46,838 nucleotides of DNA, taken from a virus. Its lineage: Duplodnaviria > Heunggongvirae > Uroviricota > Caudoviricetes. The stretch spans positions 1 through 46,838 of the IMG/VR virus record IMGVR_UViG_3300008085_000025; one strand, written 5' to 3'. Positions 18,325-28,248 of the stretch are shown piece by piece (the stretch's first letter is position 1; each line of letters opens with the position of its first letter). The notes under the pieces are model-generated. The model was given only the letters and a program-made list of their open reading frames with translations. It was not told the origin of the DNA and searched no databases. A program made the position numbers and the translations under genes.

Positions 18325-21300
18325 ATGTCCATTTTCAAATCATTCGCAGATTCACCGGATCAAATTAGACTAGAGGGTCAGGAAATAACCCTTAAGTATG
18401 TCAGAATTGATGATGAAACGGGGAAGCTCACTTGGAATATACCCCCGTCTATTGAAGGATGCAGTGGGGATGGTAAGTACGACGGAATTGTGCTAACAGT
18501 CAGTAGGGTTCCGGCGAATTACATCGGTTCTTCGCCCAAGGACGGTCAATATTACATTGGTGATTCTACCGTTGACCCGGACCTACATTCTGGTAGCAGG
18601 ATAGAAGATGGGGTTATGGTTGTTGGTGCATTTTATAATGATAGAACAACAACAGAGTTGGAGGTTACCGGCCTTCAACCAAACACTGCATACTATTTTT
18701 CCGGGTATGCTGCAGATAATGTTGCAAGATACCATCGAGAGGGCGTTCATTCATATTCACTGCCGACGGGAATTCAGGAAGGACCACACGATGATGCGAC
18801 TCCGGCGAATCACACCATTGTACTGGACAACACTATCAGATTGACACAACCCACAGGACTAAACCCTAGCAAAACTTACAAGGTTCGTTTGAATGTCAAT
18901 GATTGTGAGCACGAGATACAATTTCTTGGGGGAGAAGTATCAAACTACCAACAGTTGATAAACGTAATCAACGAAAAGTTAATCTTGTTGGATTCGGACC
19001 TATACAAGTCTCCCGTTTTTCCGTTTATAAACACTATTTGGTTGGAAGATGGTGTTTATTATTTGTGGGACGGTGAGAACAAAATCAAGTTAGAGATAAT
19101 TTATTCGGATGTTGCTCCCAACAATCTACCAATAGGAACTCTATGGTATGACACGGATGATGATAAATTATACGAATACAACGGAGTTGGATTAAGCGCA
19201 GGAGCTTCATGGACCGAATTAGATTTTGTCAGTTACGGATTTGACATAACAGATCCGGATGATGGGACTATTTGGTTTGATTCTACGTCCGGCATCGCCA
19301 GAATTTGGAAGAATGGCATCTGGTGTGATCTAAATACCGTAGTTTCAACCAGAAATCCTTTGTTACCTGTTTGGATTGAAGGATTTGCCTACTGGTATAA
19401 CACGGCAAGCGGGGAACTGACTAGATTAAATAAGGAAACCAGTCAGTGGGAGGAAATTCTCGCCATATACTTTGACAAGGACCCGGAAGATATTGATGTC
19501 GGGGACTACTGGTACGACGAAAATAACGAAACCGTATTTCAGTTGCAGTCCGGGTTAAATTGGGAAGAATCCACGAATGTTTTCTTTGAAGATACGAACT
19601 CTAATATAGCCGGCAGACTTTCTTTTCGTTATGTGAAGGATGAATTCAACCTATACCGGTGGAACTCAGCAGACGAGCTTTGGGACAGGATTCAGGTCAT
19701 TAACAATGCTATTGATCCGAACGCCGATCCTGACGCTCCTGACGGTCTTCTAGGCGATTTTTGGTATGATACAAATGACGAAATACTGTATGAGTTTAAG
19801 TCTTCTGGTTGGGTAGTCGTAGATAATGTAGTAATAGAAGAGACAAATTCACACATCTCGGAGCCATACGATTTGAGATATGTGAAAGACGAGCAAGCCT
19901 TATTCCAATGGTCTTCTGTAACACTATCATGGGAAGAAGTTTCGGTTGCGAGTTTCCCCACCGACCCCAGAAATAGAAGTTCATGTCAGTATTGGTGGAA
20001 TTCCAGTCCTTCGGTTGACACACTGTTTTCGTGGGATTTTTTAAATTCTCGATGGGTGGAAGTCGACAATTTCTTCCAGCAGGAAAGCAATCCACTGGAG
20101 CCAGAAAAATTGCCGGAAGGTACAGTTTGGTTTAACCCGGAAACTGAGGTGTTGACCAGAATTCTTTCTGAAGCATGTGAAGAGCTTAAATTCATCAACG
20201 AAACTTTTAACCCGCTGGAACCACCACTCGGGCTATATTGGCTGTTTGATGATAAATTTTACATGTATTCAGAAAGTTTGCAGCAATGGATTTTGTTAGA
20301 CGAACAACCTATTAGATCACCGACTGATCCGACTGACGTTGAGGCGGGTACATATTGGCTTAACACCATTACAGATGAGCTATTTCAATGGGATGGGTCG
20401 TTCTGGGTTTTACAAGAAGTTGCTGAATCTGACCCCAAACCAGACGAAGGTTTTGTTTGGTACAACACTGCCGAGGAACAATTGTATTTGTGGAATGCAA
20501 TTAGATGGGAAAAAACCACAGCATTTGCATATTTAGAATTTACAAAGGGAGAAGAATGTAACGACAAAGACACATTTGTATTTAAAACTCGTGTGAGGGG
20601 ATGTGATGCGGTAATTGAAGTTTTAGATGTAGTAGATAATGTATTTGGGGACCTTTCTGTCACTATAAGATATAGAGAACCGGTTCCGGGGCAAGATATT
20701 CAAAGAGTCAAGCCCATGTACAAACAACTCGGCGTCGGGGACGATGGAAGTCCGGATGAACGTCGAGAACTACACAGAAAGATTCGCGAGCTTCTCGGGT
20801 CTCCTTCCACGAAAGTTGAGTTATCGAAATCACAGATAGATATATGTATAGACAACGCGTTGAAAACATTGAGAAAGTATAGTGGTTATGCATATAAGAG
20901 AGGTTTTTTCTTCTTGAATATGAAGAGAAATCAACAAACTTATGAACTGAGCGATAAGTGCGTTGGTTTTAATAAGATCGTAAAGGTTACAGCCACGTAT
21001 CGTTTGAGGAGCGGTTTCCTCAAGGGCGCGTATTCCGGGTATGATATATATGGTTACGCCGCTTTAAAACAGTTGTATACCCTTGGCTCCTTTGATATTT
21101 TGAGTTTTCATCTGGTTTCATCTTTTATTGAAGAACTTGAAAATATTTTTGCTACCAGATTGACATTCCAATGGAACGAGCAGACTAGAGAATTAAAAAT
21201 GTACAACGCGATTTACGCAGATGAAAAAATATTGGTTGACGCCAGCGTAGAAAGAACAGAACAAGATTTAATGGTTGACCGGAATACGACTATGTGGATT

Positions 21301-21516
21301 CAGAAATGGGCATTAGCAGAAGCCAAGATGATGCTATCTCAGGGTCGAGGAAAATTTCAATCTTTGCCGGGTCCTAACGGTAACACTGTGTTGAACGCAC
21401 AGGAATTAATTACCCAGTCCGAAGCCGAGAAGGCTGGTTTGTTAGAAGAGTTAGAAGATATGTCAATGGCAGATGCCAGTGAAGTTGGACAGCATGCTTA
21501 CTTTATAATGGGATAA
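18325..21516 (+). CDS. gp13: Neck protein (gp13-like C-terminal domain) with a large N-terminal FN3-like and repeat extension
   Basis: C-terminal IRELLGSP..KVELS..QID.CID.AL and WIQKWALAEAKMMLSQ.RGKF..LPGP.G...LNA match gp13; about 10 G-x-x-W-[YF]-[DN] repeats upstream. Confidence 0.8.
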   Translation: MSIFKSFADSPDQIRLEGQEITLKYVRIDDETGKLTWNIPPSIEGCSGDGKYDGIVLTVSRVPANYIGSSPKDGQYYIGDSTVDPDLHSGSRIEDGVMVVGAFYNDRTTTELEVTGLQPNTAYYFSGYAADNVARYHREGVHSYSLPTGIQEGPHDDATPANHTIVLDNTIRLTQPTGLNPSKTYKVRLNVNDCEHEIQFLGGEVSNYQQLINVINEKLILLDSDLYKSPVFPFINTIWLEDGVYYLWDGENKIKLEIIYSDVAPNNLPIGTLWYDTDDDKLYEYNGVGLSAGASWTELDFVSYGFDITDPDDGTIWFDSTSGIARIWKNGIWCDLNTVVSTRNPLLPVWIEGFAYWYNTASGELTRLNKETSQWEEILAIYFDKDPEDIDVGDYWYDENNETVFQLQSGLNWEESTNVFFEDTNSNIAGRLSFRYVKDEFNLYRWNSADELWDRIQVINNAIDPNADPDAPDGLLGDFWYDTNDEILYEFKSSGWVVVDNVVIEETNSHISEPYDLRYVKDEQALFQWSSVTLSWEEVSVASFPTDPRNRSSCQYWWNSSPSVDTLFSWDFLNSRWVEVDNFFQQESNPLEPEKLPEGTVWFNPETEVLTRILSEACEELKFINETFNPLEPPLGLYWLFDDKFYMYSESLQQWILLDEQPIRSPTDPTDVEAGTYWLNTITDELFQWDGSFWVLQEVAESDPKPDEGFVWYNTAEEQLYLWNAIRWEKTTAFAYLEFTKGEECNDKDTFVFKTRVRGCDAVIEVLDVVDNVFGDLSVTIRYREPVPGQDIQRVKPMYKQLGVGDDGSPDERRELHRKIRELLGSPSTKVELSKSQIDICIDNALKTLRKYSGYAYKRGFFFLNMKRNQQTYELSDKCVGFNKIVKVTATYRLRSGFLKGAYSGYDIYGYAALKQLYTLGSFDILSFHLVSSFIEELENIFATRLTFQWNEQTRELKMYNAIYADEKILVDASVERTEQDLMVDRNTTMWIQKWALAEAKMMLSQGRGKFQSLPGPNGNTVLNAQELITQSEAEKAGLLEELEDMSMADASEVGQHAYFIMG

Positions 21517-21517
21517 C

Positions 21518-23251
21518 ATGGAAGATAATAATATTTACGACTGCTATCCAGAAGAAAACTCTCCGGGCAATTGTCCAGATGGTGGTGTTGTTGGGCCCGA
21601 TGAACCTATAAGGGGTGATAATGGTACCAACAACAGTTGTTCTCCGGGGGGCAACGTTCGAGGGTTACCATGTGTAGACACCGAACCGTGTTATCCGTGG
21701 CAATTGACAAATTTCGATGAGGAAGTCTGTGCCATAGACGGCTATGTTGAAGAATCTATCGCGATAGGCGGAGCGGTGGTCAACATCCATAAAATGCTGG
21801 GAATCTATGAACAGGAAAAGCTTGTTGATCAGACGGGAGTGGGCGAATCCATATCTGGCGGAGATCATCCAAATTTTCCAGCAGACGACGCATTTAACAG
21901 ATTCGACACGGAATGGAGATCTCTCCAAACGGGTCAAGATGTAGTTAGAAAAGCCTTTATAGGATACGATTTTGGGCCGATACGACTCGACAACGGGAGA
22001 ATACGGTATGCTATCGAAACATACGTTAAACACAACATAGCCACGATTAGAATCAAGCAGGGTTGTAATTCTAAAAACAGAGTCACAAAAGTCCGAATCG
22101 AGAGGTCCCCAGACGGCGAGAAATGGTTTGGGGTATCACTGTTGAGCATTCCTGATTGTGACGGATACGTTACTATACATTTCAAAGCGTCAGTGCCTTC
22201 TAGATATTGGAGAATACGCCCAGCAGCTTTTAATGGTGGCCCAGAAGATCACTGGGCAGTAAAAGCAGTACAACTGTCCGAATACGAGAAAACTGATATA
22301 GAAAATATTCAGGATAAGATCTTTCTTGAAAATCGTGATCGACAGTACACTGAAGACCCTATAAGAATAAAAGGCACATACGCCCCTGTAGATTATGCGG
22401 GTTTCTTGGCAAAAATGGGATTTGGCTCTGGGTATTATAACGGAGAACAATATTTGTTTGAATTTTCTTTTACTGCGTTGGTACGAGCTTTGGGTAGACC
22501 CATCGTTATAGGTGATATTCTGCAGTTGCCTAGTGAAACGTATTATGATGCTAAAATGCAACCTACACTGAAATACCTCGAAGTGACTAACGTCTCATGG
22601 TCTTCTGCCGGATTTACCCCCCACTGGACCCCCACTATGATTCGTGTGGTAGCCGAACCTGCTATTGCTTCGCAAGAAACTCAGGGGATTTTCGGTAAAC
22701 TTACAGAAGATAGGGATAATTTAGGTACAGTAGACACCAATGATGGAAACAAAAAGAAATACCAAGATGTTCACGATATCGATCAGACCGTGGAAGCGGA
22801 TGCAAATACACAGGTTCCACAGAGAGGTCAAGATTTTGCAAACAAACAGGTCCCTAGCAACGATCTTCGGGAGTGGATACAGAGAGAGCTTCCGAACGTT
22901 GATCCTACCAAACTGGACCCAATGATTTTTCGTTGGGGCATGGACGCAATACCACCGAACGGCGAAGATTATACCGAGGGAGACGGTTTTCCAAAAAACC
23001 CCAAGAATGGTGATTATCACAGGAAGACCTATAATGACATCGATAGAAATTTGGCACCTAGACTTTATCGATATTCTTCGAAGAAAAAGAGATGGTTGTA
23101 TCTATCGACAGATGTTCGATATAAGCTCCGTCAGACCAAACCCGTACTTACAGACTTCTTGAACCCAGATTCCGAAGACGGTAGTATAGACCCCCGTGCA
23201 GATGTTGATAAGATTGAAGAAAAGATCAACAAGGACATAAACGGGAAATAA
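21518..23251 (+). CDS. gp14: Neck/head-closure protein (gp14-like) with inserted discoidin (F5/8 type C) domain
   Basis: Follows gp13; YVEESIAIGGAVVNIHK and FLENRDRQY segments; insert AF...TEWRS...FIGYDFG...SPDGEKW...RYWRIRP. Confidence 0.7.
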   Translation: MEDNNIYDCYPEENSPGNCPDGGVVGPDEPIRGDNGTNNSCSPGGNVRGLPCVDTEPCYPWQLTNFDEEVCAIDGYVEESIAIGGAVVNIHKMLGIYEQEKLVDQTGVGESISGGDHPNFPADDAFNRFDTEWRSLQTGQDVVRKAFIGYDFGPIRLDNGRIRYAIETYVKHNIATIRIKQGCNSKNRVTKVRIERSPDGEKWFGVSLLSIPDCDGYVTIHFKASVPSRYWRIRPAAFNGGPEDHWAVKAVQLSEYEKTDIENIQDKIFLENRDRQYTEDPIRIKGTYAPVDYAGFLAKMGFGSGYYNGEQYLFEFSFTALVRALGRPIVIGDILQLPSETYYDAKMQPTLKYLEVTNVSWSSAGFTPHWTPTMIRVVAEPAIASQETQGIFGKLTEDRDNLGTVDTNDGNKKKYQDVHDIDQTVEADANTQVPQRGQDFANKQVPSNDLREWIQRELPNVDPTKLDPMIFRWGMDAIPPNGEDYTEGDGFPKNPKNGDYHRKTYNDIDRNLAPRLYRYSSKKKRWLYLSTDVRYKLRQTKPVLTDFLNPDSEDGSIDPRADVDKIEEKINKDINGK

Positions 23252-23257
23252 TATTTC

Positions 23258-23286
23258 TTTACTTTCATATCCCTAGACCCTATCAT
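23258..23286 (+). promoter_or_regulatory. Probable sigma70-type promoter TTTACT-N17-TATCAT for the helicase gene
   Basis: 17-nt spacing, intergenic. Confidence 0.5.
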
Positions 23287-23329
23287 TCTGCCGTGGCTAT
23301 ATAGAGGAATATGTCAAGGACAGCAATGA

Positions 23330-24826
23330 ATGAATAATAAAAAACAACACCATATTATCAACAATTTGCTAAACTCTCCAGAGCTTTTGGGGAGATGTAT
23401 GGCGATCCTAAAATCTGAATATTTTGACCCAGAGTATATACCCCACGTTCAATTTTTGTTGGATTATCACCGAGAACACAACACTAATCCCACCATAAAA
23501 TTGATGAATGCTGAGGCTGATGCTGAACAGGAATATGAAAAATATGCAGTACCAATGGATGAAATCGACCATAGTGCGAAGGAAGTAGAATCTTTTTGTA
23601 AACAATGCGCTATGCGAGACGCGGTCAGCGAAAGTTTCCCCTTGATCCAGAAGGGAGACTTTGGTGCAGTGTATAAAATGGTATCCGACGCACTAAACGT
23701 ATCACTGGCCACCGACTTGGGGATTGACGTTTTTTCTAACCCGGAAGAACGTTTAAAAGAACTAGCCAAAAATTTAAATCATATTTCGTGTGGCATTACA
23801 ACATGGGATAATTTAATGGGTGGGGGAAATCTGCGCAAACAATTACAGATAGTATCCGCAAATTCCGGTGGAGGCAAATCTGTTTGTTTGAGCAACGTTG
23901 CCAACAATTATGTCCTCCAAGGTCTGGACGTTTTATACATATCTCTCGAATTGCCACCAGAGATGGTATTTTTGCGTCAATCGTACATAATGACAGCGTC
24001 ATCTCATAGAGAGTGGAAATCGAGAATTTTTGAGATTGCTAAGAAGATGTCACATTTCAAAGAACTCGGTGCTGGCGATTTTAGAATAATTCGCTTACCG
24101 GGCGGTAGCAATTGTAATCAGTTTAGAGGTTATATCAAACAGTATGAAATCGAACACGGGAAACCACCTGATGTATTAATTATTGACTACATGGATTTGA
24201 TGTCCCCAATCTCTAAGATGCATGCCCAACGTGGGCTTTCTGAAGAAGACAAGGCAAAGTCCGAAGACATTTATGAACTGCTTCATGCATATGACATGAT
24301 TGGTTGGACAGCATCACAGCAGAATAGAGATGCTTTGAAAATGAATGAACCAAATCAATCCGTCATCGCTGGCGGTCTGTCAAAAATCAACATATGTGAT
24401 AACTGGTTGTCTGTTTATATGTCTAGTGAAATGCGACTAGAAGGTGAAATGCTGACCTACGCCTTTAAAACTAGATGGTCTGATGGTGCAGGTAAGAAGG
24501 CATTGTTGGCATATGATTCGGAAACTCTAAGGATTTCTGATCACGGTTCGCCTAACAAATACGAAGACCTTCTTACTAAAATAAAGAAAAAGACGGAAGA
24601 AAAAACAGATAACGGTTCTAGTATGTTAGAAAAGCTTGTAGAGAAAGGTTACATTTCTCCTCCGTCTAAAGAACGAACACAAGAAGACGAAATGGTGGAG
24701 AACCAGTTGGATGTGTTGAAACATCAACTAGTTGATTTCAAGGGAGAAGATTCAGAAGAAGCCTATCAATTGAAAAAAGAAATAGATGACGAGCTGGATT
24801 TGTTGGATTTTAGGAACGCAATTTGA
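23330..24826 (+). CDS. gp41: DnaB-like replicative helicase (T4 gp41-like)
   Basis: Walker A ANSGGGKS, LYISLEL, Walker B IIDYMDL, WTASQQNR. Confidence 0.93.
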   Translation: MNNKKQHHIINNLLNSPELLGRCMAILKSEYFDPEYIPHVQFLLDYHREHNTNPTIKLMNAEADAEQEYEKYAVPMDEIDHSAKEVESFCKQCAMRDAVSESFPLIQKGDFGAVYKMVSDALNVSLATDLGIDVFSNPEERLKELAKNLNHISCGITTWDNLMGGGNLRKQLQIVSANSGGGKSVCLSNVANNYVLQGLDVLYISLELPPEMVFLRQSYIMTASSHREWKSRIFEIAKKMSHFKELGAGDFRIIRLPGGSNCNQFRGYIKQYEIEHGKPPDVLIIDYMDLMSPISKMHAQRGLSEEDKAKSEDIYELLHAYDMIGWTASQQNRDALKMNEPNQSVIAGGLSKINICDNWLSVYMSSEMRLEGEMLTYAFKTRWSDGAGKKALLAYDSETLRISDHGSPNKYEDLLTKIKKKTEEKTDNGSSMLEKLVEKGYISPPSKERTQEDEMVENQLDVLKHQLVDFKGEDSEEAYQLKKEIDDELDLLDFRNAI

Positions 24827-24836
24827 GGAGAAAAGT

Positions 24837-25130
24837 ATGAGTAAGATAAAGATATCTAAAACACATTATTGGAAAACAGAAAATGGTCGGGTCATAAACC
24901 TAGATGACTTGCCCGGTAGCGTCAAACAACATATTGAAATTTTTGATGCAATTAGAAAAGATCTGACAGATATAAAATATCAGGAACAGGTATATTCCCT
25001 CGCCCTCGCCACAAAGAAACAGCAGATAGAACAAATCATTGCTGCAATGATAAATGCACATACAAAGCAGGAAGAACAGACAAGAAATGTAGATATAAAC
25101 GGTAACTTTTCTGGATCTGACGAACAGTAA
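24837..25130 (+). CDS. Hypothetical coiled-coil protein (97 aa)
   Basis: GAGGAG SD before ATG 24837. Confidence 0.7.
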   Translation: MSKIKISKTHYWKTENGRVINLDDLPGSVKQHIEIFDAIRKDLTDIKYQEQVYSLALATKKQQIEQIIAAMINAHTKQEEQTRNVDINGNFSGSDEQ

Positions 25131-25133
25131 CAA

Positions 25134-25141
25134 CATAAATA
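25134..25141 (+). promoter_or_regulatory. Late promoter variant CATAAATA
   Basis: Upstream of the small terminase gene. Confidence 0.6.
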
Positions 25142-25168
25142 GTCATTGAAACGAAACCAAGTATATCT

Positions 25169-25714
25169 GTGATTAGTGATTTTGACCAAACAAGTGGAGA
25201 TCTTACGGAAAAAGAAGATGCTCCTACCATCAAAAAGGTGAAAGAGAAACGGGGGCACGCCTTAGAAAAATTCTTTAACGTCCCAGAAGAGAGTACGGAG
25301 ATGGAACGAGTCCTTGTCTCTTACCCCCTTAAGAAATCTGGGGATTATGACGATAAAGACTCCGAGATAGAGAAAGAATTTCATGATGTTTTCAGAAGAG
25401 CCATGGAAGGATACGAATCTTTATCTGATATATTAGACAAGGTGGAACCTAAGTACAGAGCAAGAATTGCTGAAGTCGCAGCAACATACCTCAACACTGC
25501 TTTGAATGCTTCTACAAAGAGGGCCGGACAAAAAGAATCAATTCATAAAATAAAACAGAAACAACAAGAAATAGACAAGAAAGCATCGGGATCTAGAACT
25601 ACAAACAATATTGTCTTTAACGGTGATCGAAACGAGTTTTTGAAATTTCTTCGTGGCGACAAAGAAGAAAGAGAACCCATCGACATAACACCAGACCCAG
25701 ACAGTAACGATTGA
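25169..25714 (+). CDS. gp16: Terminase small subunit (T4 gp16-like)
   Basis: Helical core with ARIAEV; C-terminal TTNNIVFNGDRNEFLKFL matches the gp16 TNN..F.G...EL.K pattern; late promoter; upstream of TerL. Confidence 0.7.
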   Translation: MISDFDQTSGDLTEKEDAPTIKKVKEKRGHALEKFFNVPEESTEMERVLVSYPLKKSGDYDDKDSEIEKEFHDVFRRAMEGYESLSDILDKVEPKYRARIAEVAATYLNTALNASTKRAGQKESIHKIKQKQQEIDKKASGSRTTNNIVFNGDRNEFLKFLRGDKEEREPIDITPDPDSND

Positions 25715-25739
25715 TTTTATAAACTCAAGACTTTAGTAT
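25711..25739 (+). promoter_or_regulatory. Possible sigma70-type promoter TTGATT-N17-TAGTAT for the A1-like gene
   Basis: 17-nt spacing. Confidence 0.4.
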
Positions 25740-25767
25740 ATTCCAGATTATAGGAGAACGTAGTACC

Positions 25768-27474
25768 ATGAGCAAAAGATTTGAAAATACGGAAGACTTT
25801 ATTGCAAAGTATAAAGTAGCACACACCAACAAATTGAAGTTAGAAGAATTTGCTTGGTTAATGGGAATAAAACCAAAAAGTGTCGCAAGACGAAAGCTTT
25901 CAGTAAAGCATCATTCTGGTTTCGAACTACCAGAACTTTCTCGCTATGAGCCCAATGTTAAAAAGTCTCATGCAATGAGACCGAGTGATGAAGACATCAA
26001 CAATTATGAAGTAGGTTTGGCCAAAATACAAAAAACCCAAGGCAAATTTGTCATGGAAGTTCACGAAAATGTGAATAAGAAAAAGAAAGCTACTTACATA
26101 GTCACTTCGGCCCAGAACGCAACACCGGTTCATGAAAATTTTCTTAAGTGTCTCGAAAATTACGCACAAATTAACGATGCACAAATTATGGTCATCCCGT
26201 ATCGATATAGAAATCCTACATCGATATGGAATTTCAACAACACCGACCATGAATGGTGGGATTCGAAGCTAAAAAACTACACACTTGAAAATCATATAAA
26301 GCTAAATGATCATCTTCGTGTTATGGCACAGATTTCAATTCAGCCCACGGCAACCAGACCGTTGTCCGGATTCGATCATGTGACCGGTCAGGATTCTGCC
26401 ATATTCGGACACCCCTCTATCGAACAAAAAACGATTCCGACTCCAGCACAGAAGCTTCCTAAGATATTGACAAGCACTGGTGCTGTTACCACACCAAACT
26501 ATACAGACTCCAAAGCAGGGCACAAAGGGGAGTTTAATCACTGTTTAGCTGCGGTAGTAGTAGAAATAGAGGGCGATCGTTTTTACATTCGGCATGTCCA
26601 CGGTGACCGGCATACCGGAGCGTTCTATGACAAGGATACCCTTTACACTATCGAAGGCGCTGAGAACGGCCACAGGGTCGCTGCTCTGGTGACCGGTGAT
26701 ATCCATGCAGAGTTTCATGATCCTTCTGTGGAAGCCGCCACATATACAGACAAAAACTCGATTATGAACGTTTTAAATCCCGAAGTGTGGGTTCTTCATG
26801 ATCTTGAGGATTTTTATCGCAGAAATCACCACCACCGAGGCAACGACATCATTGCTTTTGGGAAACATCATTATGGAAGGAACAATGTAGAAGACGGTTT
26901 GCAGATTTCCGCAGATTTTGTTGATCGACATTCCAGAAAAAATATGGTTAATTTGATAGTAAAATCCAATCATGATGAAGCGCTTGATAGATGGCTGGGG
27001 GAAGCTGATCCTAAATCCGATCCGGAGAATGCCGTTCTGTATCACTACCTAAAGTATCACCAGTACAAGAGTGTACGGATGAGCCGAACCGGTTTTAAAA
27101 GTTTTGATCCTTTCAAGTTTTGGTGCGAAAACCCGGAGTCCCGTCCCGGTTTGCGAAATATAGAAAATACACATTTCTTGGAACGCGATGAGTCTTTCGT
27201 TATTGCTGGGATCGAGATCGGGTTCCATGGGGACAAGGGTCCCAATGGTGCAAGAGGTAGTATTAATAACTTTTCCAAAATCGGGCCAAAGACGATCATA
27301 GGTCACAGTCACTCTCCGGGAATTTTTCATGGGACATATCAGGTTGGGGTCAGTGCTTATACAGACCTAGAATATGCTTCCGGTCCAAGCAGTTGGATGC
27401 AAACCCACTGTGTAGTTTATCCAGACGGTTCAAGAACTCTAATTCATATTGTAAAGGGTAAGTGGACGTTCTAA
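25768..27474 (+). CDS. Metallophosphoesterase-fold nuclease, T5 A1-like, with N-terminal HTH-like segment
   Basis: TSAQNATPVH, GDIH, HD.ED, SNHD, GFHGDKG.NGARGS, GHSHSPG, GPSSW..TH, GKW end. Confidence 0.65.
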   Translation: MSKRFENTEDFIAKYKVAHTNKLKLEEFAWLMGIKPKSVARRKLSVKHHSGFELPELSRYEPNVKKSHAMRPSDEDINNYEVGLAKIQKTQGKFVMEVHENVNKKKKATYIVTSAQNATPVHENFLKCLENYAQINDAQIMVIPYRYRNPTSIWNFNNTDHEWWDSKLKNYTLENHIKLNDHLRVMAQISIQPTATRPLSGFDHVTGQDSAIFGHPSIEQKTIPTPAQKLPKILTSTGAVTTPNYTDSKAGHKGEFNHCLAAVVVEIEGDRFYIRHVHGDRHTGAFYDKDTLYTIEGAENGHRVAALVTGDIHAEFHDPSVEAATYTDKNSIMNVLNPEVWVLHDLEDFYRRNHHHRGNDIIAFGKHHYGRNNVEDGLQISADFVDRHSRKNMVNLIVKSNHDEALDRWLGEADPKSDPENAVLYHYLKYHQYKSVRMSRTGFKSFDPFKFWCENPESRPGLRNIENTHFLERDESFVIAGIEIGFHGDKGPNGARGSINNFSKIGPKTIIGHSHSPGIFHGTYQVGVSAYTDLEYASGPSSWMQTHCVVYPDGSRTLIHIVKGKWTF

Positions 27475-27511
27475 TGGGTCACCCGGCTATAAAGAGGATA
27501 AGGGAGATTGT

Positions 27512-27521
27512 GGGGGGGGGG
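27512..27521 (+). repeat. G10 homopolymer at the frame break
   Basis: 10 consecutive G; G9 would join ATG 27474 to ORF 27508. Confidence 0.9.
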
Positions 27522-28029
27522 AGTCGAATGTGGAAGCGATGTTGCAGATTTCCTCCGCTCTTACATGAATATAAATCCTTCACCTCTACAGATTAGGATA
27601 TTGCATCATTTGTCGAAAAACAATATGAGTGGGGTTGCAGGGCCGAGGGCATCAGGCATTACTACCGCAGTACTAGGACATTTGCTATATAATTTTGTCG
27701 ATAAAAACCATCAAACAATTGTGCTAATGGCCAACAACATGCAATCGGCGAAACACAATTTAACAATTTTCAGAGATATGATGTTGTCGATTAACCATCA
27801 ATATATTGATATCAATACGAACATCAAATGCACCAAATGGGGACTAAAACTAATTAACGGTTCTAGGGTAATGGCTACAAACACGGTGCGTTCTTTCGAG
27901 GGAGCACACATTACACATTTGTTTGTAGACGACTTCTACAAGTATAATTATAGAGACGGTTCAGAACTTTTAGATTGTATATACCCTGTGATGGCACGTA
28001 ACAATGGTCAAATTATTTTAGGGTCAACG

Positions 28030-28248
28030 GGTGGTACGGTTCCTGTGAGCAGTAATATATTCCCTACATTACAAGTGTAACCCGTTTTTTCATATTATAC
28101 TATTTCTCGTAAATATCTTTAGAGATGATATAGATGTGAAAACGGTGATAACCCTATAACTATATAAGTGTGCAGCCGACCCAAATTATTTCATCGAGCG
28201 TCTCGCAGCAGGAATCCCCTCCCTAAAGTGAGGGGGGGGGGTGTCGAG
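28030..28248 (+). mobile_element. Non-autonomous IS200/IS605-like insert (right end / TnpB omega-RNA-like scaffold); boundaries approximate
   Basis: 3' end GCAGCAGGAATCCCCTCCC-TAAA-GTGAGGGG...GGTGTCGA resembles the IS605-group right end (GAAGCAGGAATCCCC-hairpin-GGGGAGGATGTCAA); contains stop codons and separates two in-frame halves of the TerL paralog; no tnpA or tnpB; left end not identified. Confidence 0.5.
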
